From Acanthaster planci (taxonomy: Eukaryota), in NCBI RefSeq assembly GCF_001949145.1, contig NW_019091358.1, positions 1 to 64,000 of the forward strand: 64,000 nt of DNA, given 5' to 3'. Below the pieces are notes generated by a model. It was not told where the DNA came from, did no database searches, and saw nothing but the letters and a program-made list of their open reading frames with translations. Numbering within the stretch: the stretch's first letter is position 1; each line of letters opens with the position of its first letter. Below are positions 37,005 through 48,173 of this stretch, one piece after another. Position numbers and translations under genes: made by a program.

Positions 37005-37780
37005 TCACTGAAGATGTGGTGGGGTGCTGGTCAGCGGCTTTTTACAGATCATCACCAAGGGCTTGTGGTGAGTGTGGGCATGGAAGGTGTTTCCGAACAG
37101 GGTCTCTCGTTCGATGTTCGAGTAGTTTGCTTGGGCAGGAGACAAACTTTTTGAGACAAACGCTACCGGCTTGCCATCCTGCCGAAGGCACACCCCAATT
37201 CCCTTCTGTGACACATCGACCTCCAGTACGGTTAGTTCCTTGGGGTTGTAATACATGTACCTGAGGCACGACTTGTCAGTAATGGACTTCTTTACTTCGT
37301 TGAACGCTGCCTCTTGGTCTTCCTGCCACTTGTATGGGACATTTTTGCGTAGCAGCTCCTGTAGAGGTGCAACTTTGTCAGCAAAACTTGGTATGTAGGC
37401 TGACACATACGTCATGAGCCTGAGGAATTCCTGGAGGTCCTCTTTGTCCTGGGAGCTTGGTACGGCATGGATGTCTTCGACTCGTTCGGGGTCAAGGCGA
37501 ATGCCTGTCGGTGAATATACCGATCCAAAGAAGTTGATCTGGTTAACTTTGATCAGGCGCTTCTTGCTGTTGAAGACCAGTCCTTCTGCCTCGGCTGTAC
37601 GTCCGTATTCAGTGATATCGTCGGCAATTCGGACACATCCAGGGACTTGATTGATGATGTTGGCCATGGCTTGCTGGAAGATGTCTTGGCTCACTGATGA
37701 GCCAAATGGGAGTCTCTGGAAGCAGTAACTACCAAACGGTGTGCGAAAGGTCGTCAACTGATTTGTGGGGGGCTCAGGAT
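37005..37780 (-). mobile_element. Gypsy/Ty3 LTR retrotransposon RT-RNase H fragment
   Basis: LTTFRTPFGSYCFQRLPFG, IADDI, LEVDVSQKGIGVCLRQDGKPVAFVSKSLSPAQANYSNIERE, HKPL. Confidence 0.9.
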
Positions 37781-37860
37781 GGAGCACATGTTTGCCGCGG
37801 TGCACTGTTTCTAGGGATGCACTGATGGTGTGGATCTTAATGATCCTCAACTTCTCGCGT

Positions 37861-38106
37861 TTATGCATCTTAGGCCCTCATTGCCTGCAGCTATCTTAAT
37901 TTTAACTGCAATTTTTCTCTCCTCAGTCACCTCATTATCCATTTATGCATCTTAGGCCCTCATTGCCTACAGCTATCTTAATTTTAACTGCAATTCTTTT
38001 CTCCTCAGTCACCTCATTGTCCATTTATGCATCTTAGGTCCTCATTGCCTACAGCTATCTTAATTTTAACTGCAATTTTTCTCTCCTCAGTCACCTCATT
38101 GTCCAT
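37861..38106. repeat. tandem repeat, three units of about 82 bp
   Basis: TTATGCATCTTAGGCCCTCATTGCCT...CAGTCACCTCATT(A/G)TCCAT repeated three times. Confidence 0.95.
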
Positions 38107-41015
38107 TAAACAAAGGTCCATGTGTTATTTAAACAGTCTGAATTCCTCAGTCAGATCTGGTGCGTTCCAACGCATTTCCGGGTATTTGGCCATTGTGACC
38201 AGTCTATACTGCACAGTTCCAGCAATCGCCGGAGTGATATTTTCACCACATCTCCGTCAACACGGAACTACTTTAAGCCTACACTAAATTTATGCCCGTA
38301 ATATGGCACGTGTACGCCTAGATTACACAAATACTAATACGACCAATATTATTATGGCATGAGAACAACAATTTGCAGTGGATGCAATGTCACTTAGAGT
38401 TCAGATAGTGAGGTGCAAATATTGCAGTGTTGGTCGTTAGAAGCTCACTGACCGTGTTTCCGCAGCTCGGGCTTGGTGCACAGGGCAGGGGATGGTTGGG
38501 CCTGGGTTTGGCACTGGTCGTTCTGGAGGCCCTCCTGGTCAGGCACGGTTCGCTGAGCTGAACTGACAGCTTGATCGGCGAAAGTCCCGTCTCTGCCTAC
38601 AGGGCTGGTCTCTTTTCTGGGCTGGTAGGGTACGGCTTGCAGGTCGATGGTCGATTGCGGAAAGTCCCTCTCTGCGGGTGGGCAGGGCTGGGTTTATATT
38701 CTGGTTGGGCACAGCTGGCTCAATCAGAGAGCCTGTGTAGCCAGGGTTGACTCAGCTGGCTGGAATGGATCATCTGTTAATTAAAGTTTGCCTGTGCCCT
38801 GTGTGTGCACCTTGCACAATGACGATGTTCGATGACTGTCGACAGGCAGGTCGGGCCAGCTGCGGCATCACCAGGTCACCGCACAAGATATAGCCGGGGC
38901 CGTGTACGCTGGTCCTGTGCGTGGTGGAGTGGCTGTTCAGGCGGTGTTCCGAGAACACCTTCGCAGGCTCGGATTTGGTACATGTTCGCAGCCCGGTCCC
39001 TATTCAGTGAAAGCTTTCTAAATTTGGGCCTGTTTTTCTGTCACCACTGCCACCATGTTGTGATATGGAGTGGATAAAGCATGATGAGGACGAGTGGGCG
39101 CATAGCTTCTGCTAGCTTGTTCATGGTCCTGGTTCATGCCATGTGTGCGCACCTACAACACAGTGCCATGTAATTATATTATCATAACATACTCTAGTAT
39201 AGAAAGTTGAATATTCATGCCATCTTTGGTGTTTGATATATATGACAACAATATCAAATTTAGTACTTGCACAGTTCCTTTTATTAGGCTGTGTATACCT
39301 GAAGTGTTTATGTGCATTTGTTCCCGTTATCTTTCTGGAATAAACAGCCAAGCTTTTTGTAAGATTTTTAGTTTTATTTGAATCATTTTTATTAAGGAAT
39401 TTACGCAAAAAGGTATTTTATGAGATCTCATGTCACTCCCTGTGATGAAACAGCGTGTTTTGTTTTTCGTTAATTGTCCTGTGGTATTCAACATATTGTT
39501 GGCCAGTCTTAGGCAAACTCGTGCAAACACTTTGAAAACTGATGTTTTGGAGTGACAAAATAAAATTTACAAACAAATGCATGGATAATGGAAAAGGGCA
39601 TCAAAATCTTTAAAAATTATTAAAAATGGCAAAAGTAAATCTAATGTTAGATATTTTTTCTTTCTGCTTCCTGGTCACCACAAACATTGTTACGATATTA
39701 CTGGCCCCACTTGTCCGGCTAAGCTGCAGGCAGTAATCAGGCATTTTTGGAATGTTTAGTATTGTTCATCTGACTGAGCGGGGATGATCATTGAGCACAT
39801 CAAAGGAGGGAGTAAGATTGACTCGACACCACAGCTCAGAGCTCACACAGTGTTTGCCTGATGTGTTTTATTACAGTTGTTAACTTTTGGAGTCGTAAAT
39901 TAAATGTGCCCCCTGGGGTGATTCCATTCTGAGTTACCTGGGTGCAACACAGCTACATGTAACTTGTTACTTCTATGATGACCACTTTTAAAACACGCCC
40001 TAGTGTCAGGAATGTGGTGTGCTTTAGAATGAATATTCAAGGCCAAACAATGGACAACATGAATACAGACTACATGTAGATTCATGATCTGGAGATGGGG
40101 GCGATCTGTGAAAACTTATTTACTGCCATTTATATTCAAATAGGAAAAAGTTGTTTCCGATTATAGTTACTCGCAAAACACTGCCTTGTCCTTTGTAGCA
40201 ATCCACGAAAGGCTATCGATGTTAGACATAATTTATGTATGGATTGCTTGAGATTTCAGTTTCTGAGGTTTTGGCTGTTTTCTTGTACCTTTTCAAGGGA
40301 AGCCTTTATTTGTTCACTGAGTGGTTTTGATTATAAAAACAGCTGAAAAATTTAGTTTTCCTTGGTGCAATTGCAAATAAATGGAGCTAAATAAAGGCAA
40401 TATCCTTAGAGCGTATAGCAAATAAATGAAGTAATATGCAGCCAAGTCGGTGATGAAAACTATGTAGTAGTTTTAACAAACATTTTATGGCTATGAAAAA
40501 TTGTTACTTATATGCGAACAGTACCTGAGTATTGTGTAAACTGTGGGTATGTATTTGTGTGTAATAATTTAATATTTGCGAGTTAAATTTGAATAAAATC
40601 TTGTTTACTGAGTTACCTGACTGCACATAAGCATAACGATTTGAATTCCGCAGACTAAAGACACTGTTGCTATACCTCATAATTCAGGCAAGCTTTCGCA
40701 TAGCAACCACCATCTCTGGAATGGACTGGTTCCTTTGTGCCCTTCTTATCCATTGAGAACAGTGTACTGTTGCAAGGCGTCACTTACGTATCTACACTAA
40801 GCAACAGATTGCCCCAAATCACAAGGTACATGTATAGCAACAGTGGTTTTAGTAAAGAGAATTCAAGTTGTTATGTTCACGTGAATTTAAAGAACTCATT
40901 GTACCAGATTTGGGTCAAAGTCAACTTGCAAAAGGCTTATTACATGCAACAACAAAATTATGCCATTTATTAGATCATTTTACAAGTTTTCAACAAAATT
41001 TTTTGATGTTTCTAG

Positions 41016-41079
41016 GGGACTGGTGCACTTGTTCAACTTCGTAGCCTGAATTTAGCAGCCAACAGAATTGAGAAAATAG
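41016..41079 (+). CDS. LRRC9: LRRC9 coding exon (64 nt, phase 0/1)
   Basis: TCTAG|GGG...ATA G|GTAGGT. GTGALVQLRSLNLAANRIEKI-G, the expected next LRR; too short for the ORF track. Confidence 0.88.
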
Positions 41080-41978
41080 GTAGGTAGTTTTAAATGGGCT
41101 CAACAGCCCTTTTAAGCTCAGTTTAATGACAAACCGATAGTGATGATGCATTATTTTTTGAAAAAACTCAGATACGCAACATTATAATAAATATAATACA
41201 AAACTGCTGCAAACTGCTTGCTGACTACAATGACCTAAAATACAAATCTTAAAATGTGGAGGCCTGATGTTTCAATCCTCGTCTATCCACTATTTTGTAA
41301 CTTTTGTCACAACAATTTTTTTCCTCTAAATGTAAAAATCTTAGAAGATTTAACTTCATGAGTATACGTACGCATTTATTACAAAACCAAATTAAATAAA
41401 AATAATGAACAGTTTATTAGAAAAGTCAGTTTATTTTGCCGAAATGAAAGTGAGAAGACCATCTGTCCCGAGGCTATGATGTGTGACAAACATTACGTTT
41501 GTCCATGTAACAAATGTTACTCATTGAGAAAAACATACAGTGTTCATTTTAGCTGAAGTTTTGAATAGTTTTTTAACAAAAATGATTTGGAAAACTGAAA
41601 ACAAACACGTTTGGTTTGTGAACAATTCTGTTTTCATGCTCTAATTCAAACACCAGAAAAATGTCTGTCCGTGTGACATATATTATATCTGTCCATGTGA
41701 CATACATGTACCAGTACGCTACACATTTTCTGGAAATAAATTTCAGTGTTTTCTACAATGGCATTAACTTATGAGATAATGAAAGTTTCTAGAAGTAAAC
41801 TAAAAGACTATTTAATACATTGAAGGTAATGTTTAATTGTGTTTTGAATTTAATTTTCATATTTAAGAAATAAAGTGTCTGTCCACGTTGTTGCAATAAA
41901 CATTATAACTTTAAGAAAAAATTTCTGTTATTTTTCAAATACTGCTCAGTCTCCTGCTTTTACATACCCATGCCCAGC

Positions 41979-43662
41979 CTACTGTACAGGTCAGAATTTT
42001 AGCCGACACGCTATCACAAGCAGTGACCCTGACATCCTGTTCAAGACAAGCTTCGCGGTTTTACCATGCATTGCTGGTCCAATGCACGATAAGCCTAACC
42101 CCGAAACTCATTATTTTGGCAGGGCTTGTGACCGCAGACCGCAAAGGTGACTGACAATGTGTAGTGGACTGCTGCACACGCAACGGTTCAGTTTTTTGTA
42201 TGCGTGTACAGTATAGGGCAGTCCAAAAGTTTCTCTGAAAACTCGTGAGGGGCCTCGTTGAACTCGCGAGTAACGAGCCAGGGTCCTCAGTAAACACTCG
42301 TGAGTTTGCGAGCAGTAAATGATTGAGTAACTCCGCGTTCGTGCACAAACCAGAACCGACAGCCACGTTATTTTATTTAAATGTACATGTACGTGTACTT
42401 TGGTGATCTTTTCTTTCACGACTATATCTGTCAATTCCCGAAAATTTGGCAGCCATCAGTCGAGAGTTTTCAACCACAGTTCAATTTTGCTCCGAAGATT
42501 ATAAAAAATTTGCAAAAGATGTGCAATTTACATCTCAAAACTACCGAAAAATGCATGGAGAACATCACTAAAATGAGGCATGAAATAATACAAACTGTGT
42601 CTTGAATTCCTTGATACATAATTTTGGAATTGATTGTTTGTGATTACAGATATATATACCGCAAACCAGGCCGTCTAGGGTCTACCGTTTTTCAGAAGGC
42701 GAACTGCAATTTTCGGTGAAACTCAAAACCTTTTCTGAGATGAAGGAACATATACCTGGCCTACCCCCAGAACTGTGGGTCTGACGTCTGCTCCTCTTCC
42801 ATGTGGGAGAGGAGCGAACGTCGGATCCCACAGTTCTGGGGGTAATACCTGGCCCTCATTCTTGCCCATTTTCTGACGATCCTGTCCCGTCTAAGTCACT
42901 TCAAGACTAAAATGCTTCCCCCTCCCCCAAAATTCACTGCAACAGAATTTATAAATCCTCAATGATAACTCAACCCCCCCCCCAAAAAAGCCTAAGTTTT
43001 ATTATTTATTTACTTTAAAAAAAAAAGAATTATATTGATAAATCTTATCCTTAAAAATTTGGCCAGCGTTGGTAATGGCGGCATGTATTTAACATACATT
43101 TTGATTGGCCGATTGGCCACCGTGCAACAAATTTGGGATCGGATGAATTTCCATCATGATTTCTGAGACGTGCGCAAAGGATTTAGTGATATGCTTTCGT
43201 CGCCCATCATGAGCCCGCAGCTTTGACTTTACTACGTCAAAATCCTCTGTGACGATCTGGGTTTTCACTGTGGGTGTTGTACATGTATGCATGTTCATCC
43301 TGTATGAAAGGAATATTTTATTGCAATGGGTTACTTTCTTAAACTAGGTTTTAGGGCAAGAATATTTAAATTTCAACCAATTTTTCGTACCCAAATTCAT
43401 GTTTAAACAATATTTCTAATACATAGCTTTTAGTGCAAGTTTTCAAATAGGACAATCTATGGAACGATATAGCACTGACACGATGAACTGGCTGCGATTG
43501 TGTTAATTGTAAGAAGATAAGATGAATTTGAAACCCCTTTTTGTCATGTTTTTTATTTCTCCAGCTGCATCCATAGGCCAACTGCACTCCCAAATGCAAA
43601 CAGTAAACACCTTAGGGGAATTTTATTAGGAAATTATTCCCCAATAATTGCGTTGATCCATT
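41979..43662. repeat. 1.4-1.7 kb dispersed repeat; inverted copy at 60121-61535
   Basis: Colinear reverse-complement similarity, e.g. TACAGGTCAGAATTTTAGC versus GCTAAAATTTTGACCTGTA. Spurious ORFs share KTQIVTEDFDVV and LRSAVTSPA. Confidence 0.9.
42762..42844. mobile_element. 83-bp hairpin mini-transposon with 10-bp TSD
   Basis: Perfect 18-bp TIR TACCCCCAGAACTGTGGG/CCCACAGTTCTGGGGGTA and a nearly fully palindromic body. ATACCTGGCC is duplicated at 42752-42761 and 42845-42854. Confidence 0.9.
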
Positions 43663-44077
43663 CCCCTACAATGTGTCAAAATCAGCAGGAAGTAGACTTT
43701 TGCGATCAACTCAATGAGGCCTTTTTATTGCGATAAGCACAAGGTTGACTCTCCAGTTGTTACGCAGTTTTAAAATAAGCTACCCATTTCAGAAATGGGC
43801 CCGGAATGATCTTTAGACTCTCTTTCCAATTTTCATTTTTAACTTGTCACTTGTAATTTGCTTCCTATTCATGTCCATCACACACATCCGTAGACTTTTT
43901 CAATGCTCAGTGTATATCCACTTTGAATTTTTAACTGCCTTTTCACACGAGCTACACGAAATACACTTTTGTACTGTTTGTACTGGCTGAGTCGTTTTTT
44001 GGACAAGCTTTTCCATATTACAATAGGTCTCCCCGGTTTTCTTCTTTTTTTTTTCTTTTTTTTTTAACATCATGTTA

Positions 44078-47000
44078 CCCAGGTAGCACAGGGACATTGG
44101 CCCGGCGTTGGAATTTTGTCAGTACATGATGTCGGGAGAGCGTAGGTAAATGTTGCATTTGCAAATCCTGCCGGCTTCGGCTCAAAGTCCAAATTTGCTG
44201 TTGGGTGGATGTTGGACCGACATTGTACCAACGGTCCATTTATACCCACGGCCCAACGTCTTTCGGAGTTACTCTGCCGGCATTTGTCCAACCTGCTGTT
44301 TATGCCGTCGTACTGATGGACGACTTTCGACGTTCAACCGAAGTCAGCGTGGGTTACCATAAGAATTTGTTTCCCTACTTCCACCCTTCTTTGTCCTGAC
44401 ATCTCCCTCAGGCCCATCGACAGACTTGATAAATCAGGCGGCCCGACCTTTACCCAACCCCTCCCCTACATCCACCCTACGTCACCCCGACTGCCACATC
44501 CGATCCCTTTGCTGACTCCATAAATCCGTCGGGCTGACCTTTACCCTGCCCGTCCCCTCCCTTGTCCACTTTGTCACTCCGAATGACATGTTTGGTCGAA
44601 TGCCAACTTCATAAACCTACTATGTTGACTTTTCAATCCTTGCATCATTTAAAACAATCAAACAGTCACCGTATCGATGCTATGGCTGTCTTTGCACTTC
44701 ATGAAAACCTACACGTTTGATTGAAAAAGACTCACATTGTAGCAGATTTAGTAATGACAACTTACATGTAATGTACTTTAATAAATTCAAAAGCAGCATG
44801 CACATTTAAATACAAAGCATGTATTTCTATTAGCATATTCGGAGAAAGAGAAATTACACAAAATATAAACGTTCAACTTGCTTTTCTTTTTCTTTTTGGC
44901 GGAAAAAAAAAATGTCCACTTCTGGACTATCACAAACAGGTATACTTGGATCATATGGGACCCATATTATTTTTTAAATACAGACCCATATGGGTTATCT
45001 GGGCTGGCTCATATGGGTCCCATATGAATCTTGGGTGCAGCCCGCTTGTGGTCCCAAATGGCACACGTATGGGCTGGGCCATATGGGACCTATATTATTC
45101 TTAGATGTAGAATCCATGGGGGCCCTAGGTGGGACTCCTATGTTGGCCCATTTGGGCCCCCTATGATACTCATATGGGCCATTAGTTAGGGCCAGCGACC
45201 ATTTAGACCTGGTTTGAAAAGGGTCCTCCGGTAGCCCGCCCTGTATGAAGCCCGCTCTGTATTCAGCTTACTCCAGGCCGCTATCAGGCCTGTCTGCACG
45301 TCGGCTTCCCCCACCATGCTTCCACAGGTGAATAGTGGTCTAAGCGGATAAGTGTAAACAAAGTTTCTTGATCGCGGTGACAAACACTTAGTGGTATCCC
45401 TCGTTTTCCAAAGCTGGTGTCCGCTATTACATGTTGTCATAGTATTGGCCATCTTGAGAAAACTCATCATACCAAATTTCCTTTATTTTGTTAAAACGGG
45501 GAAATCCGAGGCAAACTGGCTCCCAGCTTTGGTTACGCTATCGGTGTTATGCAGCTTTAGCAACTTCCAAAATCAAGGGGTGTTTTGCTACGAGATTTTG
45601 AATGTGCACTTCACATTTCAAACCCATTTGTAGATTTTTCTGAAATAAAATCCTCACACTTTTCTTTCCTCATTTTTATTTTGGACTGACAACTGTTTAC
45701 ACCAATCATTCGGAGTTTTCCCAATTTATTAAATATGAATAAAATGACAACACTATCACAAATGGTACAGTCCGAGAGACGTGCACAATGCCAAGCGTAT
45801 TTTACACGTACATGTAACCAGTGGGCCTGGTGGACAGCCAGCCAGCCCGCCCCCATACGTACGTGGAGGTGTAATGTCCTGTGCTTCAAAATAACCTCTA
45901 GACAGAATAGAATGAAAGACACAGACACACAGCTTGCTGCTTTGGTGCATGAGGTGCCATGTTGGAAGAGCCCAGCATTAATAAAGAACATACAGTTGGT
46001 GATGTCAATGCATATGTAATAATGCAATGCACAGCTGTGTGATTCAACTACATGATGGCTTTGACATGATTGAAGGATTTAACTAGAGTGATTGGCTGTT
46101 GAAACATTAAAACTAATAATGGATATTACAGGAGGCTAGCGGACAGCAGGGGGCCAGCGCTGCTTGGCTGGCCGGGCGTGCTGTCGTGCTTGATGCTGGC
46201 CGCACCAATAACCGGGCCGTTGTACTGCACCGTGATAGGAAAGAATTCCATATCTCACAGCCATTTAAATCTGTGAAAGGAATACTTAATATTACATGCA
46301 CGTTGCGTCCATATGTTTGAATAATAGCCCTAACCCACCCCAACCTGCCAAAATCAAACACCACAATCTGTTTCTGTTGAATATTGTTTGACTGGGTCTA
46401 CTCGAGCCTTGGCACATTTGCATGGGCCCGTATGTGTACATCTGAAACACGCGGCTGTCTGCCTAGCCAGCTATATAGGCGCTCAACGTGTACGGTGCGA
46501 TGGGCATGTACAAATACACATGGCGTGAGTCAAGCGCTGGGTGGGCCTGGCCTGGGGCTGTACCCGTGAGAAGGTGCTCGTTGCCGGGCCGCGTGATGTA
46601 AAGAATTCCATATTTCACCGCCACCGGACGTACATGGATGGAATACGATATATAGGCCCATTACATGTACCGGTACGTTTTGACAAGATCAGTGATCAGC
46701 GGACTGCAGTCCTGCAGTAAATGCTGGCATCACTTCACATTCAGAGTGCTGTTACTAATGTTAACTTTGTCGGAGTAAAGATCAAGGAGATTGTTAACAA
46801 AGACGAAAATCCCTTGTATATGGTTGAAAATGGTGTCGCAACATCTCATGTCAAGTTTGGTGGAATTTCAAACTTCCATTAACATTTTAGGGCCGAAATG
46901 GTAAAATTCATTATTGTGTACACTCAGTATAGCCGGAACAACTCCAAAAAGTGATTTTTGCCCATCAAGTTTAGAAATCTACAGGAAGGTCTTTCGTCTT

Positions 47001-48173
47001 CATGTATATCAATATTATATGTATATTTTTACAAATCTAAATTGAAAAGGGGTGGGAAGCAGTCAAGCTAGATATCGGTCCCTATGTGTTGGGATGGAAA
47101 CCAATCAATGGGGCAATGGAATTTATTAAGGGTTGGGATGTCTTTATTTTCACTTGAACTTTCAGCAGAGCGAATCAATCTCTTTTTTGAATCTGTGTGG
47201 CACTGAGAAGAGCCGTTTGGGTTTTTTTGTTCAAGATTGCTGGGATGATTTTGTCTGCCCTTTCAGTGCCCGTCCTACAGCTCCTGCCGACAGTGTACAA
47301 GTCTGTTGTGTCGATCTCGGTCTGCCGACAAACCATTCATTTCAACAGTGCAGGGCATAATTTTAAATAGAGGGGGAAGTGCATGTGTGAGTCCTCACAC
47401 CAACGTCGATGGGCATCTCAAATAAGATGTTGATCCAAAGAACTCTACATGAGGTCGACTAGTCATCCTCATTTTGTCGTAGTGGTAACTGAAATTCCAA
47501 CCAACGTCGGCGACACAGTAACAGCCGATGTTGGCTGTAATACTTTGCTAGGACTGTGGTCTGACGTAAGTAATTGGACTAGTCGGTTATCTGTAGTCAT
47601 GCAGATATCGGCTGGTTGTCTTCATTTGGTCTAATTGACGGTCAGTTGAGTTCCAAACGAACGTCAGCAACATGGTACCAATCCGATGTTGGCTTTAGGG
47701 TTGTGCTTGGACCGTGGTCCGACGTTATCCATTGGACAAGTCGGTTATGAATCATCTCGCCGACGCCGGCTTGTTGTCTTCGTTTGTCCTGACGGTCAGT
47801 TGAGTCCCAACCAACGTTGGCAACACGGTACCAATCCAACGTTGGCTTTAGGGTTGTGCTGGGACCACGGTCCGACGTTATCCATCGGAGAAGTCAGTTG
47901 TAAATCATCATGCCGACGTCGGCAGGAACCACACTTTAATGACGTTGGGCAGAAGAATAAAAACTGACGTCGGCTGGCTTTCCTGTTTAGGGCATGTTGG
48001 TAGACTGCATTCCTGCCAGTGTCGGTAGGACGGTCAAAGCCCCGATGTCCATGTCAGAATGATGGTTGGATGTCGTACCGAGTAATACTTAGACTGACGG
48101 CGACCATCTACCGACTTTGCCAACCCGTTGTCGACTGCACCCGACATCGGGCCGCTGTCAGTGTGCTACCTGG
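44078..48173. mobile_element. non-autonomous CMC/EnSpm-like DNA transposon with nested repeats
   Basis: TA|CCCAGGTAGCACAG ... TGTGCTACCTGG|TA, with many CC(A/G)ACGT(C/T)GG-type subterminal motifs at both ends and an about 150-bp tandem duplication near 47620-47920. Confidence 0.7.
44950..45195. repeat. CATATGGG/CCCATATG motif cluster, probably a nested MITE fragment
   Basis: Multiple CATATGGG and CCCATAT motifs in both orientations. Confidence 0.5.

Noticed and set aside
38400..39120. Possible 3' integrase tail of an LTR retrotransposon
   Set aside because: GC-rich and TE-like, but the motifs are too decayed to call.
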